A stretch of DNA of 63,218 nucleotides, filler included, from Octopus bimaculoides (GCF_001194135.2; 6 parts of 6 records of this genome joined end to end with filler, not necessarily neighbours in it); one strand, 5' to 3'; positions 12,139 through 23,353 are shown, numbered from the whole stretch's first letter. The notes: generated from the sequence alone by a model not told the origin. Numbers and translations are program-made.

Positions 12139-15100
12139 TGAACAGAAGAAGAATTGGATGAATTTTTTAAGATTTACGCTGAATTATTTTTCAGATGATG
12201 CGCTGCACACTCACCAACCCAACTGATCAAAAAGCCAATTTCGGGTATGTATTTGTTACTTATGTTAATGTTTGATTATCGTTTTTTTTTTTACTGTTTA
12301 ATTACTCAGTGTAAATACAGCAGGTCTGATGGTCTTGGTATTTACACATTCTAATGTGAGAGCATCGGTAAAATAGTTGTGTAAATGTTTTGGTGGTTGA
12401 CGGATGTCACTTTTTGAATGGGGAAATTATCAAAATAGATGCAAACCAAGCCAAGTCCTTTATAGCACATACTTCAATTCTGAATTGATACGTAGAGTAC
12501 ATGGAGTCATATTCATGTTTAACGAATATGTATTAGTTACATGTTGTTAACTACAAGGATTTTAGTAGGGTTCATAAACAACGAACAGCTAAGTTTCGTT
12601 TTTCATGTAAGAAACATCAGGAATCGTTACCTAGAGCTAAGTTTGCTTTCCTTTTATTTTTTTATTTATATTTACAGGGTATCCACAAAGTCTGGGTACA
12701 TTGAGTAAATAAAATCATAACATAAACAATTAAATATACGAAATAATAATTTCTTAAAGTATGTGTTAATCCCCATGTACCCAGACTTTGTGGACACCCT
12801 GTATAAAATAAATACCGGCCAAGTATCGACTTAAAATGTGGGAGAACACATTGCATAATGGAATCCCAGATATAAGATTGAAAATAAAAGGCAGAGTGGT
12901 CATGACTAGAATGTCTTTAATCTTTAATCATAGGTCTCGTAGATTAGATATGAACAAACTAATAGACAGCAGCAACAATATAGCAACCTATCTCAAGCTA
13001 ACGGAGAAGCTTCTATGTGGGTTGACAGAAATAACAGTTAACTCTACCTCAAATCACAACCTACAGACATGAAAAAAGGAGGACATACTGGATAGTGTAG
13101 TCGTCGATACACTATGTCAGGAAAAATATTGGTTGGTCACGACTGGAATTTCTTTAATCATAGCTCTTCATGAATGGAGCCGACGTATGGATAAACAGCA
13201 ACAATCAAATCCTGTCTTTGAGTAGACTTGAGTGATTTTCAAGTTGGTTTCATGCTTCACTAAGTTTTATATTTTCATTTCATGCTTTCGTGATATATAT
13301 GATATATATTTTTTTCCCGGTATTCAATGTTTTTCCTTGGAATATCCTTGTACATTTTTAATAGAATTAAGATCGTGTAATTTCGATAAAGCGAAATTTC
13401 AATGATTTTTGTATCAAAATATTTCATTACTTGATTTGGAATATAGCTGAAGCATTATCTTGTTGAAAGTCTGACGTGTTTTTATCTTTATCAAACACAG
13501 CTAGTTTTCCTTCATTTTATCGCAGATTCTAATGTAGCATTTTTATTTGTTCCATAATGGTCAAAGTAGAACTTAGTATTTATCTCATTGTTGTGTGTTT
13601 TTTCATACATGGATTCATCCCCAGAGAAAGTTTTACCTTCACTATTACTATTTTTCGACTGGTTTTGATTTTTGTCAGTTCAGGTCACAATTATTCAGCT
13701 ATAAATTTTTCTCAAAATCAGTATCTTTATCAGTTTTATTTTGTTTTTCTTTCGTTTATGTAATGGAGTGATACAGATTTTAAAGTTTTCTACAGCTTTT
13801 TTTCTTGCTATTTTTTATTTCCGTATCTGTTGTAAAAGTTTCTTTAACATCATGTTTTTTCTAGATTTTGTTTTGAATCAGATTATAGTTGAATTTTTTT
13901 TAAATTAACATTAAACACGTTTACTGAATTAGAATATTTTTTCATCCGGCGTCCTTCAATTTTCAATGAATTTATTCTGAAATACTTTCATTAGTTTTTG
14001 TAAATGTCTTCTGATTTTAGGCTTCTCTTTGATCTCATTAAAATGTTTTCCACGATGTTTTCCACGATAAATTGTAGCAAGGAAGTTTGAAATAGTTTTC
14101 TAATGTAATGACCATTTTTTTAATCAGAGCAAAGAGCAGCAGATTCGTCTTCTTTGGTCGAGTGTTTTAGTTCCCAAGTTAATTCTTTTGCTGCATGATG
14201 TCGATGGTCGGTTCAGTTATTTGATTTTACCTGTTGAAAAGCATCCATGAATTAGAGATCAATTCTATTGATTTGTTGATGAAATCGATGGGATCCTACA
14301 TCTAACACAATTAGCTATATTCGAACTACAGAACTATTATGGCTTTAAAATCATCGTTTCACTGTCAATGGAGATATATATTTGATTCAATCTAATTAAT
14401 TAGATGGTAAGAAATACAAACAGCTAGAAACTGAAAATGTGTTCAAGTGATAAATTATATTTTCATTAAATCCCCAATTATACGCTAGGGTCTTCTACTC
14501 TTGGGTTTTCTCCCTTTAATTTTTATTTATTTATTTATTTATTTATTTTTTAGTTTGTCGACGATATTTGTTTTGCATTCTATTGCTGAATATCCAAATA
14601 TTAAAATTATTGCAAATTAGTGTTTTTTGGTTGTTGCGTGTGTTGTTGGCACTCCGTCGCTTACGACGACGAGGGTTCCAGTTGATCCGATCAACGGAAC
14701 AGCCTGCTCATGAAATTAACGTGCAAGTGGCTGAGCACTCCACAGACACGTGTACCCTTAACGTAGTTCTCGGGGATATTCAGCGTGACACAGTGTGACA
14801 AGGGTGGCCCTTTGAAATACAGGTACAACAGAAAGAAGTAGTAAGAGTGAGAGAAAGTTGTGGTGAAAGAGTACGGCAGGGTTCGCCGCAATCCCCTGCC
14901 GGAGCCTCGTGGAGCTTCAGGTGTTTTCACTCAATAAACACTCACAACGCCCGGTCTAGGAATCGAAACCGCGAACCTATGACCGCGAGTCCGCTGCCCT
15001 AATCACTGGGCCATTGCGCCTCCACTGGTTGTTGCATGTAAACCATTGTTAAACTTCACTTCCCTTTGTGCACTCAGCATAGCCTGTACCTTTCAGTCCC

Positions 15101-15387
15101 TGGAAGGGAACGCTATCAGAAGAGATACATTTCTCATCATTTACTTTGTACCCTTTTTTTATATTTTTAGATACGAGCACACAGATCAAATGTGTAACTT
15201 AAACTTGTGGTTTGGAATACCAAAAGAATATGAAAATATATATAAACCGATTGTGTGTGGCAGAAATGCACAAAAGTTTAGTTTGGACGACTACGGCTAC
15301 ATCTTACCCAAAAATTCTAACAAGCCAGACATAGAAGGTTACAAGAAACTGATGTCGCAATTCAATTTGACAATGACGTCATATTAA
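1001..15387 (+). CDS. PHM-like: Divergent monofunctional PHM-like copper type II ascorbate-dependent monooxygenase; join(1001..1052,2502..2589,3447..3541,4038..4109,4650..4707,5545..5609,9323..9403,10301..10377,10503..10556,12195..12244,15171..15387); 5' end probably incomplete
   Basis: All 10 introns are GT..AG with matching phases. The total is 909 nt = 302 aa + TAA. Translation: [302 protein letters not shown]. It is collinear with PHM motifs (DFKP..TVHHM, YAWARNAPPTRLPKGVGF, VLQVH, FAYRVHTH, SGY, NPQLPQ, ARC, DEMCNL). There is no PAL domain and no TM helix. Confidence 0.92.
1116..1192. repeat. (GATA)n microsatellite; others at 2934-3001, 37295-37325, 58625-58658
   Basis: Direct tandem repeat. 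Confidence 0.95.
1985..2137. repeat. Compound (ATT)n/(ACT)n/(ATC)n microsatellite (LINE tail/target); related tracts at 2436-2498, 8335-8368, 9243-9301
   Basis: Direct tandem repeat. Confidence 0.95.
2138..2435 (-). mobile_element. 5'-truncated 3' end of Dong/R4-like RLE non-LTR retrotransposon
   Basis: Minus-strand ORF ends ...[10 protein letters not shown]...[21 protein letters not shown], then a short 3' UTR running into (TAA)n. Both ends abut ATT-type repeats. Approximate bounds. Confidence 0.8.
2502..2589 (+). CDS. PHM-like exon B ([30 protein letters not shown]; CuH motif region)
   Basis: ttatacag| ... |gtaagt; phase 1 to 2. Matches IDFKPRASMDTVHHMLLFGC...YW. Confidence 0.9.
3447..3541 (+). 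CDS. PHM-like exon C ([32 protein letters not shown])
   Basis: tgtttgcag| ... |gtatgc; phase 2 to 1. Matches WFCDEGTC..ILYAWARNAPPTRLPK. Confidence 0.92.
4038..4109 (+). CDS. PHM-like exon D ([24 protein letters not shown]; Q170/H172 equivalents)
   Basis: tttttgctttttcag| ... |gtaagt; phase 1 to 1. Matches GVGFRV...YFVLQVHY. Confidence 0.92.
4650..4707 (+). CDS. PHM-like exon E ([20 protein letters not shown])
   Basis: atcttatag| ... |gtaagt; phase 1 to 2. Matches KDCSGVSVHLTRVP. The alternative acceptor at 4671 runs into a stop. Confidence 0.85.
5545..5609 (+). CDS. PHM-like exon F ([22 protein letters not shown]; interdomain linker)
   Basis: ttttattattgcag| ... |gtaaga; phase 2 to 1. Matches QPLIAGMYLMMSVDTVIPPGEK. 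Confidence 0.88.
6831..7340. repeat. Head-to-head inverted pair of SINE family A 3' halves forming a ~510-bp palindrome
   Basis: 6831-~7087 is the reverse complement of ~7090-7340 with scattered mismatches, a small indel and essentially no spacer. Confidence 0.9.
7809..8333 (-). mobile_element. Internal reverse-transcriptase fragment of Dong/R4-like LINE (frameshifted)
   Basis: [58 protein letters not shown] motifs. Confidence 0.88.
8365..9242 (-). mobile_element. 5'-truncated 3' end of a second Dong/R4-like LINE with RLE endonuclease
   Basis: [45 protein letters not shown] [gap] ..[20 protein letters not shown], 3' UTR, (TAA)n tail. C-terminus and UTR differ from the 2138 copy. Confidence 0.9.
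9323..9403 (+). CDS. PHM-like exon G ([27 protein letters not shown]; CuM H242/H244)
   Basis: ttatttattttag| ... |gtaagt; phase 1 to 1. Matches NADISCQYKMYPMHVFAYRVHTHHLG. Confidence 0.93.
9851..10208 (+). mobile_element. tRNA-derived SINE, family A (near full length, 3' clipped)
   Basis: A-box-like TGGCCCAGTGG and B-box-like segment. Body is shared with copies at 6831-7340, 14641-15026 and 35495-35820. Confidence 0.85.
10301..10377 (+). CDS. PHM-like exon H ([26 protein letters not shown])
   Basis: tgtttctcgcag| ... |gtatgt; phase 1 to 0. Matches GKVVSGYRVRNGQWTLIGRQNPQLPQ. Confidence 0.92.
10503..10556 (+). CDS. PHM-like exon I ([18 protein letters not shown])
   Basis: tctattttactcatttttag| ... 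|gtatgt; 54 nt, phase 0 to 0. Fills the span corresponding to AFYPVEHPVDVTFGDIL. Confidence 0.85.
12049..12135. repeat. (AGT)n microsatellite; others at 24885-24910, 50138-50181
   Basis: Direct tandem repeat. Confidence 0.95.
12195..12244 (+). CDS. PHM-like exon J ([17 protein letters not shown]; C293)
   Basis: ttatttttcag| ... |gtatgt; phase 0 to 2. Matches AARCVFTGEGRTEATHIG. Confidence 0.9.
12673..12803. mobile_element. Tc1/mariner-type MITE with 29-bp TIRs and TA target duplication
   Basis: tacagggtatccacaaagtctgggtacat ... atgtacccagactttgtggacaccctgta (1 mismatch, including TA). Confidence 0.88.
14641..15026 (-). mobile_element. tRNA-derived SINE, family A (full length)
   Basis: Reverse complement of the 9851 copy, with (CAA)n-type tail and B box GGTTTCGATTCC. 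Confidence 0.88.
15171..15387 (+). CDS. PHM-like terminal exon K ([15 protein letters not shown]...IVCG...TSY*; CuM M314)
   Basis: cccttttttatatttttag|; phase 2. DQMCNL corresponds to DEMCNL. Same frame as ORF 15046..15387; stop TAA at 15385-15387. Confidence 0.92.
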
Positions 15388-18300
15388 CAAGATTGAACAA
15401 AGTGACTTTGAATCTCAAGAAAGGTTCCCTTACGACAATGGATCAACTTAAATGATGCTATCCCGTTTCTATTTTGTCTCACTCATTTTTTTTTTCTTTG
15501 CTCCTCTCAGATTTTTCTCTCATCTTTTTTCTTCACTCTATCACTCTCTCAATCGATCTTTCTATATTTCTATTTCTCTCTGCTTTTCTTTATCTCACAT
15601 TCCTACATTTACTGCAGTTAAGCTACCTCTCACGTGGACAATCGCTCTTCGGGCAGGCCTACAATCACAGATGTACCAGTCTTGACCATGTTGTTTTTGT
15701 GTATATCTAAGACTATTTCATCCTATATGGTTTCCATTGTGTTTAAGACGGTAAGGCGTGATTCGAGAGAACTTGGCTGCTATATGTGGCAAGTCAAGCG
15801 AACGCCTACAGGATCCTTGACCATTGGTAATCATATAACCGAGCAATAAGCTCAAACGAAATCACCATAATTTACATTAGACTACTGAAAATTAAACAGA
15901 AAGGGAGCAATACAAAATTAGGAGGATGAATGGAGTTTTTTTACGTTGGAACCTAGATGAATTCCTCTTAACATTGATACGAACTAACATGTTTATATAT
16001 GTATCGCTCAAAGAAGTGATATGCACACGATCTCTAGATTTTCTAGAAGAGGCAGCGAAATCTCTTTCGAATAAACGACCCTAGTGCCTTTGAATATACA
16101 TATACACACCTCAAGGGGATCAACGGTCCTTCACGAACCATAAGCTCATAAGGCCGGTTTCTTGGATTCTATGGTGTATATATTTCATCCCTTCAACTGG
16201 ACACGGTCCACCGCAGAATTTCTCATCTTTGCCAGCTGAGTGGACTGGGGCAACGTGAAACGAAGTGTTTCGCTCAAGAACACAACACATCGCCTGGTCC
16301 AGGAATATATTATTAGAGGAAACATTGGATAATGCGAAAATGAGTTGGTCATAGCTTGAGAGTCTTTAATCATAGATCTCAATCAGAACCACATTGGAGC
16401 TAAGCTACAATAGCAATCTGTTTATGTTCCGACATAAATTTATACCTCTACATATCTACATAAATAATTATCTTCCTACCTATAATTTTCTCTCCCCCTC
16501 AATTTAACTCCATTTCTACCGTTCCTAAATTTTATAACATGCCCACGCATACATGTTTGAGTGATTCTGTAGCCAAGGTTTTTCAAGTATTGTAAAATGT
16601 TTAAAAGTGTGTTATTCTTTTAACATTTTAAAATTCTATAGTTTAATTGTAGAAACTAAAATTGTAATAAAGTTATATTTTTCTTTAATCAGCGTCTTCG
16701 TCTTATCATTATATCCGCGAGACAAGGGTGTCATACATTTAGAGAACAGGTTAGAGACGATTAAATCGATCTCTGTACTTGATTTTTACTTTATTTTATC
16801 AAAACAAAATGTATCTAAATTTAAATCAGCAGGATTCAAAGCTTTTCATACAAAGCCACCCGAGATTACTCTGGTTCTATAATATAAACTTTATAATTTG
16901 AAGTTATCTAAATTAAAACCTTCCATCAAAATTCAAGTTAATTTATGTTCCAGCCACCAGGTTAATAACAGCAAAATTATTTAACTCGATTCTTTGATAT
17001 TTTCAAACAACTGAAACTGTATTTCAACAGAAATATGGCAGCAAAAGTATGGACGTAACTAAATACGCAAACACATTTTGTCAGATGTTCTTCGGTAAAG
17101 ATTTTATCTCCGGCATTTTCATAGAATCGTGCCTTCTAGCAGTGTATATACACTTAATATAATACACAGGTGGTGATTTTAATTTAAAGTTGCTTCAGTT
17201 GCGTATACCGAGTTTTTATACATCCTGACAAGCTTCCGCAATAGGATAGGATAGAGCTCCTTCACGAATCATAGAGACTCACAGTACCGGTTTTCCGGAT
17301 TCTATGACGTATATGTTCTCCACTTCCTCCTCCTGGACGGGACGCCGGCCCGTCACAGGAATACTCATTTTTGCCAGCTGAGTGGACTAGAGCAAAGTGA
17401 AATGAAATATTTTTTACTCGAGAATACAATGCATCGCTCGGTTCAGGAATCGAAACCACAATCTTACGATCATGAGTTCAACACCTTGACCACGAAGCCA
17501 CGCGTCTCCACAAGCTTCTACAATACCAGTGAATGTTTTATTCACTTTTTCTTATCTATTGAAGCACAAATTTCGTTTTGGAAGGGGACAATCGAGTACA
17601 CGGCATTGAAAAACCTCAACAAAGGTGAGGGCAGCATCCCAAACGAATGAAAAGATNNNNNNNNNNNNNNNNNNNNNNNNNNNNNNNNNNNNNNNNNNNN
17701 NNNNNNNNNNNNNNNNNNNNNNNNNNNNNNNNNNNNNNNNNNNNNNNNNNNNNNNNNNNNNNNNNNNNNNNNNNNNNNNNNNNNNNNNNNNNNNNNNNNN
17801 NNNNNNNNNNNNNNNNNNNNNNNNNNNNNNNNNNNNNNNNNNNNNNNNNNNNNNNNNNNNNNNNNNNNNNNNNNNNNNNNNNNNNNNNNNNNNNNNNNNN
17901 NNNNNNNNNNNNNNNNNNNNNNNNNNNNNNNNNNNNNNNNNNNNNNNNNNNNNNNNNNNNNNNNNNNNNNNNNNNNNNNNNNNNNNNNNNNNNNNNNNNN
18001 NNNNNNNNNNNNNNNNNNNNNNNNNNNNNNNNNNNNNNNNNNNNNNNNNNNNNNNNNNNNNNNNNNNNNNNNNNNNNNNNNNNNNNNNNNNNNNNNNNNN
18101 NNNNNNNNNNNNNNNNNNNNNNNNNNNNNNNNNNNNNNNNNNNNNNNNNNNNNNNNNNNNNNNNNNNNNNNNNNNNNNNNNNNNNNNNNNNNNNNNNNNN
18201 NNNNNNNNNNNNNNNNNNNNNNNNNNNNNNNNNNNNNNNNNNNNNNNNNNNNNNNNNNNNNNNNNNNNNNNNNNNNNNNNNNNNNNNNNNNNNNNNNNNN

Positions 18301-18540
18301 NNNNNNNNNNNNNNNNNNNNNNNNNNNNNNNNNNNNNNNNNNNNNNNNNNNNNNNNNNNNNNNNNNNNNNNNNNNNNNNNNNNNNNNNNNNNNNNNNNNN
18401 NNNNNNNNNNNNNNNNNNNNNNNNNNNNNNNNNNNNNNNNNNNNNNNNNNNNNNNNNNNNNNNNNNNNNNNNNNNNNNNNNNNNNNNNNNNNNNNNNNNN
18501 NNNNNNNNNNNNNNNNNNNNNNNNNNNNNNNNNNNNNNNN

Positions 18541-18582
<42 letters not shown>

Positions 18583-18928
18583 TGTGTCTATGTCTTTCCC
18601 CCCAACATCGCTTGACAACCGATGCTGGTGTGTTTACGTCCCCGTAACTTAGCAGTTCGGCAAAAGAGACCGATAGAATAAGTACTAGGCTTACAAATAA
18701 TAAGTCTTGAGGTCGATTTGCTCGACTAAAGGCGGTGCTCTAGCATGGCCACAGTCAAATGACTGAAACAAGTAAAAGAGTAAAAGAGTAAAAGAGTAAT
18801 ATATATATATATATAAGAAAATGATGAACCCAGAACCATGTGGTTGGTAAGCAAGCTACTTACCACATACCCGCTTCTGTACCTTAATTTTTCTCTATTA
18901 TAAAAGAACGTTCTCTTCCTAATGTATA

Positions 18929-18974
<46 letters not shown>

Positions 18975-18984
18975 NNNNNNNNNN

Positions 18985-19021
<37 letters not shown>

Positions 19022-20180
19022 ACACAAACGCATACACACTGACGCACACACACATATCCATATATACACACACAATACATACATAGATGTGTGTGTTTCT
19101 GTACGTATTGATATATATATATATGGGATAGAACATTTTTATAATAGACAAAAATTAAATATATAGAAATATCTATAAAACCAAATACTGGAGTTAACGA
19201 CATATCCACAATGTGATATGGATAATAATATTAAATTTAGATAATTAAAGTTTAAGAAAGTGACAGTTATTGTCATCATAAAAAAATAGTTCGTTATTTC
19301 TTAACGAAATAAGCATTATAAATATGTTTTGTTATCTTTATTAAATCTATTTCTTTCTTCGAAAAAACTTTCTTTACATGAAATGATCACACCACGTTAT
19401 AAGAGAATATTTTTTTCTCCTTCAAAAAAGTTGAGAATTATTTAAGTTACCAGCTCAGTACTATGTGACTGTTTATAACAACAAATCTTATAAACTACAT
19501 AAGTTAAGTAAGTATTAACATATTCAGTATGATAAGCATTAATAGTTAATTAGAAATAATTATTTTTGTTTTCGACAATTAATCAAATCTCAATCTTTTG
19601 TTTGTTTTGTTTTTTGGGGGTTTTTTTTTGTATTTTGACCTCACATGCCTAATTAACACCTCATCAATAAAGCTTAGCATTCTCTGTATTTACTGAACTA
19701 TTAATGATATTTGTAGTAAGGTATATAGTAAATTTTGACAGCTGCTCATTTGGCGCCGTTATTGTATTTTGACAATCTTTATTTTTTGTTAAAAAGCTGA
19801 TACGTCTATTTCTTTATTCAAACTCATTTTGCACTTTATAAAGTATTAATAGTCAAGACCATTTAAGCATTTTATCTTATCAAATTCATCTTATGGTCGC
19901 GGAACTGTTTCTGGAGGGAAAAGTAATCGGATCTTTTTTAAAACGGGAGCCACATTTTTCATTAATGTTTTACGTAGTGTTTTTGGTACCGAAAGACTTT
20001 CAAACTTCGTATACTTATCTATTTTGTGTTATAGAACAGAAGAATATTTTTGTATTCGAATTTATTTCATGTAAAAAATTGTCTTATTTCGATAATTTCA
20101 ACCAATCACTGACAAGTATTCAGTTGTTTACATTTACTCCTTTGGCTCATTAAGCGATGTAAAGCGTATTTAATCTCCAT

Positions 20181-20280
20181 NNNNNNNNNNNNNNNNNNNN
20201 NNNNNNNNNNNNNNNNNNNNNNNNTTAATTAATTAANNNNNNNNNNNNNNNNNNNNNNNNNNNNNNNNNNNNNNNNNNNN
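20181..20280. other. Assembly placeholder for unsized gap: N44-TTAATTAATTAA-N44; linker also at 46652-46663, 51096-51107, 55751-55762, 59205-59216
   Basis: Identical 12-mer with stops in all six frames, centred in a 100-nt N block five times. Confidence 0.95.
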
Positions 20281-20882
20281 TATATATATATATATATATA
20301 TATATGACAGGCTTCTTTCAGTTTCCATCTACCAAATCCATTCACAAGGCTTTTGTCGGGGCCCGAGCTATAGTAGAAGACACTTGCCCAAGGTGCCACG
20401 CTGTGGGACTGAACTCGGAACCATGCATTTGAGACTCAAACTCCTTACTACACAGCCACGAAGATATTGCTTTTGTTGTTGTTGTACGTTTCCTAGTCGT
20501 TTCTGATCCAGCGGACCTAAGCTAGAGAGGTATTTGCCCGAACTATTAGGTGTGACCCTCAGATGTAGCGTTCCAAATATACTTTCTGCTTAGCTGAAGA
20601 TCTCTGACACTCAGCAGTTGATTGTGTGGAGGCCAGTGTGTCAGTCTGGGCACGCCCTTTCTCTACTGTGCATTGTTTCCGTAAAACTGTAGGAGATAAA
20701 CGAAGTTGTGACCTCTATGTCAAAGGCGCAAGTGCTCTAAGAGAGAATCAAACCCGATTCATGAACCTTTACTGCTTGTATTTAGTACATGGTGCGGCAT
20801 AAAAACCTACCCCTATTTTACACGACTGTTGGAATGGCGCTAGTGAAATTAGATATGTGATAATAATGTTTGTCCGTCGTAA

Positions 20883-21305
20883 GGCGGCGAGCTGGCAGAG
20901 TGGTTAGCACGCCGGACGAAATGCGTAGCGGTATTTCGTCTGCCGTTACGTTCTGAGTTCAAATTCCGCCGAGGTCGACTTTGCCTTTCATCCTTTCGGG
21001 GTCGATAAATTAAGTACCAGTTACGCACTGGAGTCGATCTAATCGACTTAATCCCTTTGTTTGTCCCCTCTATGTTTAGCCCTTTGTGGGAAATAAAGAA
21101 ATAAACGTTAGCACGCCGGGTGAAATGCTTAGCGATATTTCGTCTGTCTTTACGTCCTGAGTTCAAATTCTGCCGAGATCCACTTTGCCTTTCATCCTTT
21201 CGGGGTCTATAAATTAAGTACCAGTTGCGTACTGGGGTCGACCTAATCGACTCCCCCACACCGCCAAAAAAGTTTCGGGCTCTGTACCTAGATTAGAAAA
21301 GAATA
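20883..21305 (+). mobile_element. Two tandem copies of tRNA-derived SINE family B; other copies at about 6190-6418(-), 1850-1945, 44675-44760(-)
   Basis: ggcgagctggcagagtggttagcacgccggacgaaatg...gagttcaaattccgccgaggtcgactttgcctttcatcctttcggggtcgataaattaagtaccag is repeated. Confidence 0.85.
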
Positions 21306-21549
21306 GTGTTTGTACGTAACTAATATCTCATCGTTTTGTGTTCGTTACCATTCTAGTTCGAACTGGTGTACATTCTTCGTTTATTGCTGAAATATTTATC
21401 AAGAATAGTGAGTCTTGGAGGAGGGTTTTTTTTCTGCACATTATTTTATTTCAAAGTATTAACCCTTTCTTGTTAATTGCAAGACATTTTGAAAATATTC
21501 TAATAGGGAATGTTGTTTTTAATAAGCCTTTCTTGTCTTAGTCCGTCTG

Positions 21550-21880
21550 TGTGAAGGCACGTGGCTTAGTGCTTAGGGTATTCGATTGACGACCGTAAGG
21601 TCGTGAGTTCAATTCCCGGCAGCGCGTTGTGTCTTTGAGCAAGATATTTTATTTCACGTTGCTCCAATCCATCCGATTGGAAAAAATGAGTTGTACCTGT
21701 ATTTCAAAGGTCCAGCCTTGTCACAATCTATATCACGCTAAATATTTCTATGAACTGCGTGACTGAGGGCACACGTGTCTGTGGAGTGCTCAGCCACTTG
21801 AATGTGAATTTCACGAGCAGACTGTTCTATCGATCGGATCAACTAGAACACTCTTCGTCGTAGCCGACGGAGTGACCTTC
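21550..21880 (+). mobile_element. SINE family A short-head variant; related copies at about 330-600, 16180-16300(-), 17340-17510(-), 22690-23010(-), 28400-28620, 35495-35820, 39030-39220(-), 48680-49000
   Basis: Shared core gagcaagacactttatttcacgttgctccagtccactcagctggcaaaaatgag plus tRNA-like head. Approximate bounds. Confidence 0.8.
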
Positions 21881-23299
21881 TATATTCTGGGGTGTATCGC
21901 TAGGATATTTACGATTTTAACACATGGTCCCTGTACTAAAAGTCATATGAAGTTCATTGAGGACAAGTTGACTGCTAGTCTAGTTTGACAGGTGGCGCAG
22001 TCACGTTGAGACTCGCTTGGTCATTTATCATTAAATGTAGGCGGATAGTTTAGTTTATGGGGTTTATCTCCATAATTTTGGCACTCTGCTCACTGGGCGA
22101 GATTAATTATTGCCTGGGCAGTAGTTATCATCATCATCGTAATTTTACGTTGACTTTATATGCTGGCATGAATTGGACGGGATATTTAGGCAATTGTGTT
22201 AGCCTTCATTTATCTCTTTTAGACACACCTTTTTAGACACACACAAAGACAAATGTATTTATTCTAAAAGTTAGATTACACCCTCGTAAAAACAGTAATA
22301 GTAGTAAATGTAATACTAGTAAAAGCGACAATTGCAACAATGGTTGGCTTGGTGAATACGTGTCCTTGCTTTGCAATCATGGGATTCCGGGATCAATCCT
22401 ATAGCATGGCACTGTGATTAATTAATTCTTACCGTTCTTAATAAAATTAAGTAAAAGGAAAAACAGGAATCTCAGCATCGAGAGATGCCTTTACTTGGGT
22501 GGTCAACGTAACATGTGGTCGGGTTTAGCACCAACACCTTGTCACACTTATAGGTCATTAGGGAATCCTCATTTAGAATCAGGCCTCCGTTTTAAGAATA
22601 ACAAGATGGTCGCTGCCTTCTTCCGTCTGATTAAGCGATGGAGGAAATAAATACATTATCATCGTGATCGATTGTGACGGTAAAATTAAGCGAACTTAAG
22701 TGGCACTCCGTCGACGAATGTTCCAATTGATCCAACCAGCGGGACAGCCAGTTCGGCAAATTAACGTGCAAATGGCTGAGTACTCCACAGATACGTGTAC
22801 CTTTAACGCAGATCTCGAGGAGATTCGGACACAGAATATGACAAGGCTGGTCCCTTTCTAATTACAAGTACAATTCATTTTTGCCAGCTGAGTGGACTGA
22901 GACAACGTGAAATAAAGCGTCTTGTCCAAAGATACACCGTGCTGCTGGGTATCGAACGCACGCTCTTATGACTGTAAGCTGGACACCCAAACAGCTAAGC
23001 CACGCGCCTTCACTAAGCGCAATTATTGCCAGAAATTCGTCATTAATAAAACGTGGTACTGCAACAAAAACGTAGTCTGTGATAGTCTAAATAAACAGAA
23101 TGGTCATGGCTGGACTATCTTTGGTCTTAGACCTGCTTCATTAGGGACTGACTTGGAGCTGACCAACATTAATTGTAACTGACGCACTGGAGACGTCGGG
23201 TTTGAATATGCCGTCTTTGTCTTTATTTTATTATCCTGTTTACAAGTAAAACCACCAGGAGGGGGGATAGCAACAGCTGTAACGATCATTACACCTTGC

Positions 23300-23353
<54 letters not shown>

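Noticed and set aside
13200-14330. Possible hAT transposase relic on the minus strand
   Set aside because: Only faint motif resemblance with many stops; cannot be supported without a profile search.
15046-15170. N-terminal part of ORF 15046..15387
   Set aside because: Intronic read-through upstream of the acceptor at 15170; only 15171-15387 matches PHM.
15687-15750. PCCFCVYLRLFHPIWFPLCLRR with phase-2 gtaagg donor, vaguely like the EMI N-half
   Set aside because: In-frame stop immediately upstream, no suitable acceptor, wrong Cys spacing.
17565-17624. Exon-like segment with AG and gtgagg
   Set aside because: No frame resembles MEGF6 or PHM; unsupported pseudo-exon.
20225-20236. Recurrent isolated TTAATTAATTAA palindrome (5 copies)
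   Set aside because: Always centred in N44..N44 with stops in six frames; a scaffolding placeholder, not biology.
22057-22236. Signal-peptide-like ORF MGFISIILALCSLGEINYCLGSSYHHHR as MEGF6 exon 1
   Set aside because: Runs into a SINE remnant (catcatcatcgt...atgctggcatg), has only weak donors in the wrong-looking phase and no homology.
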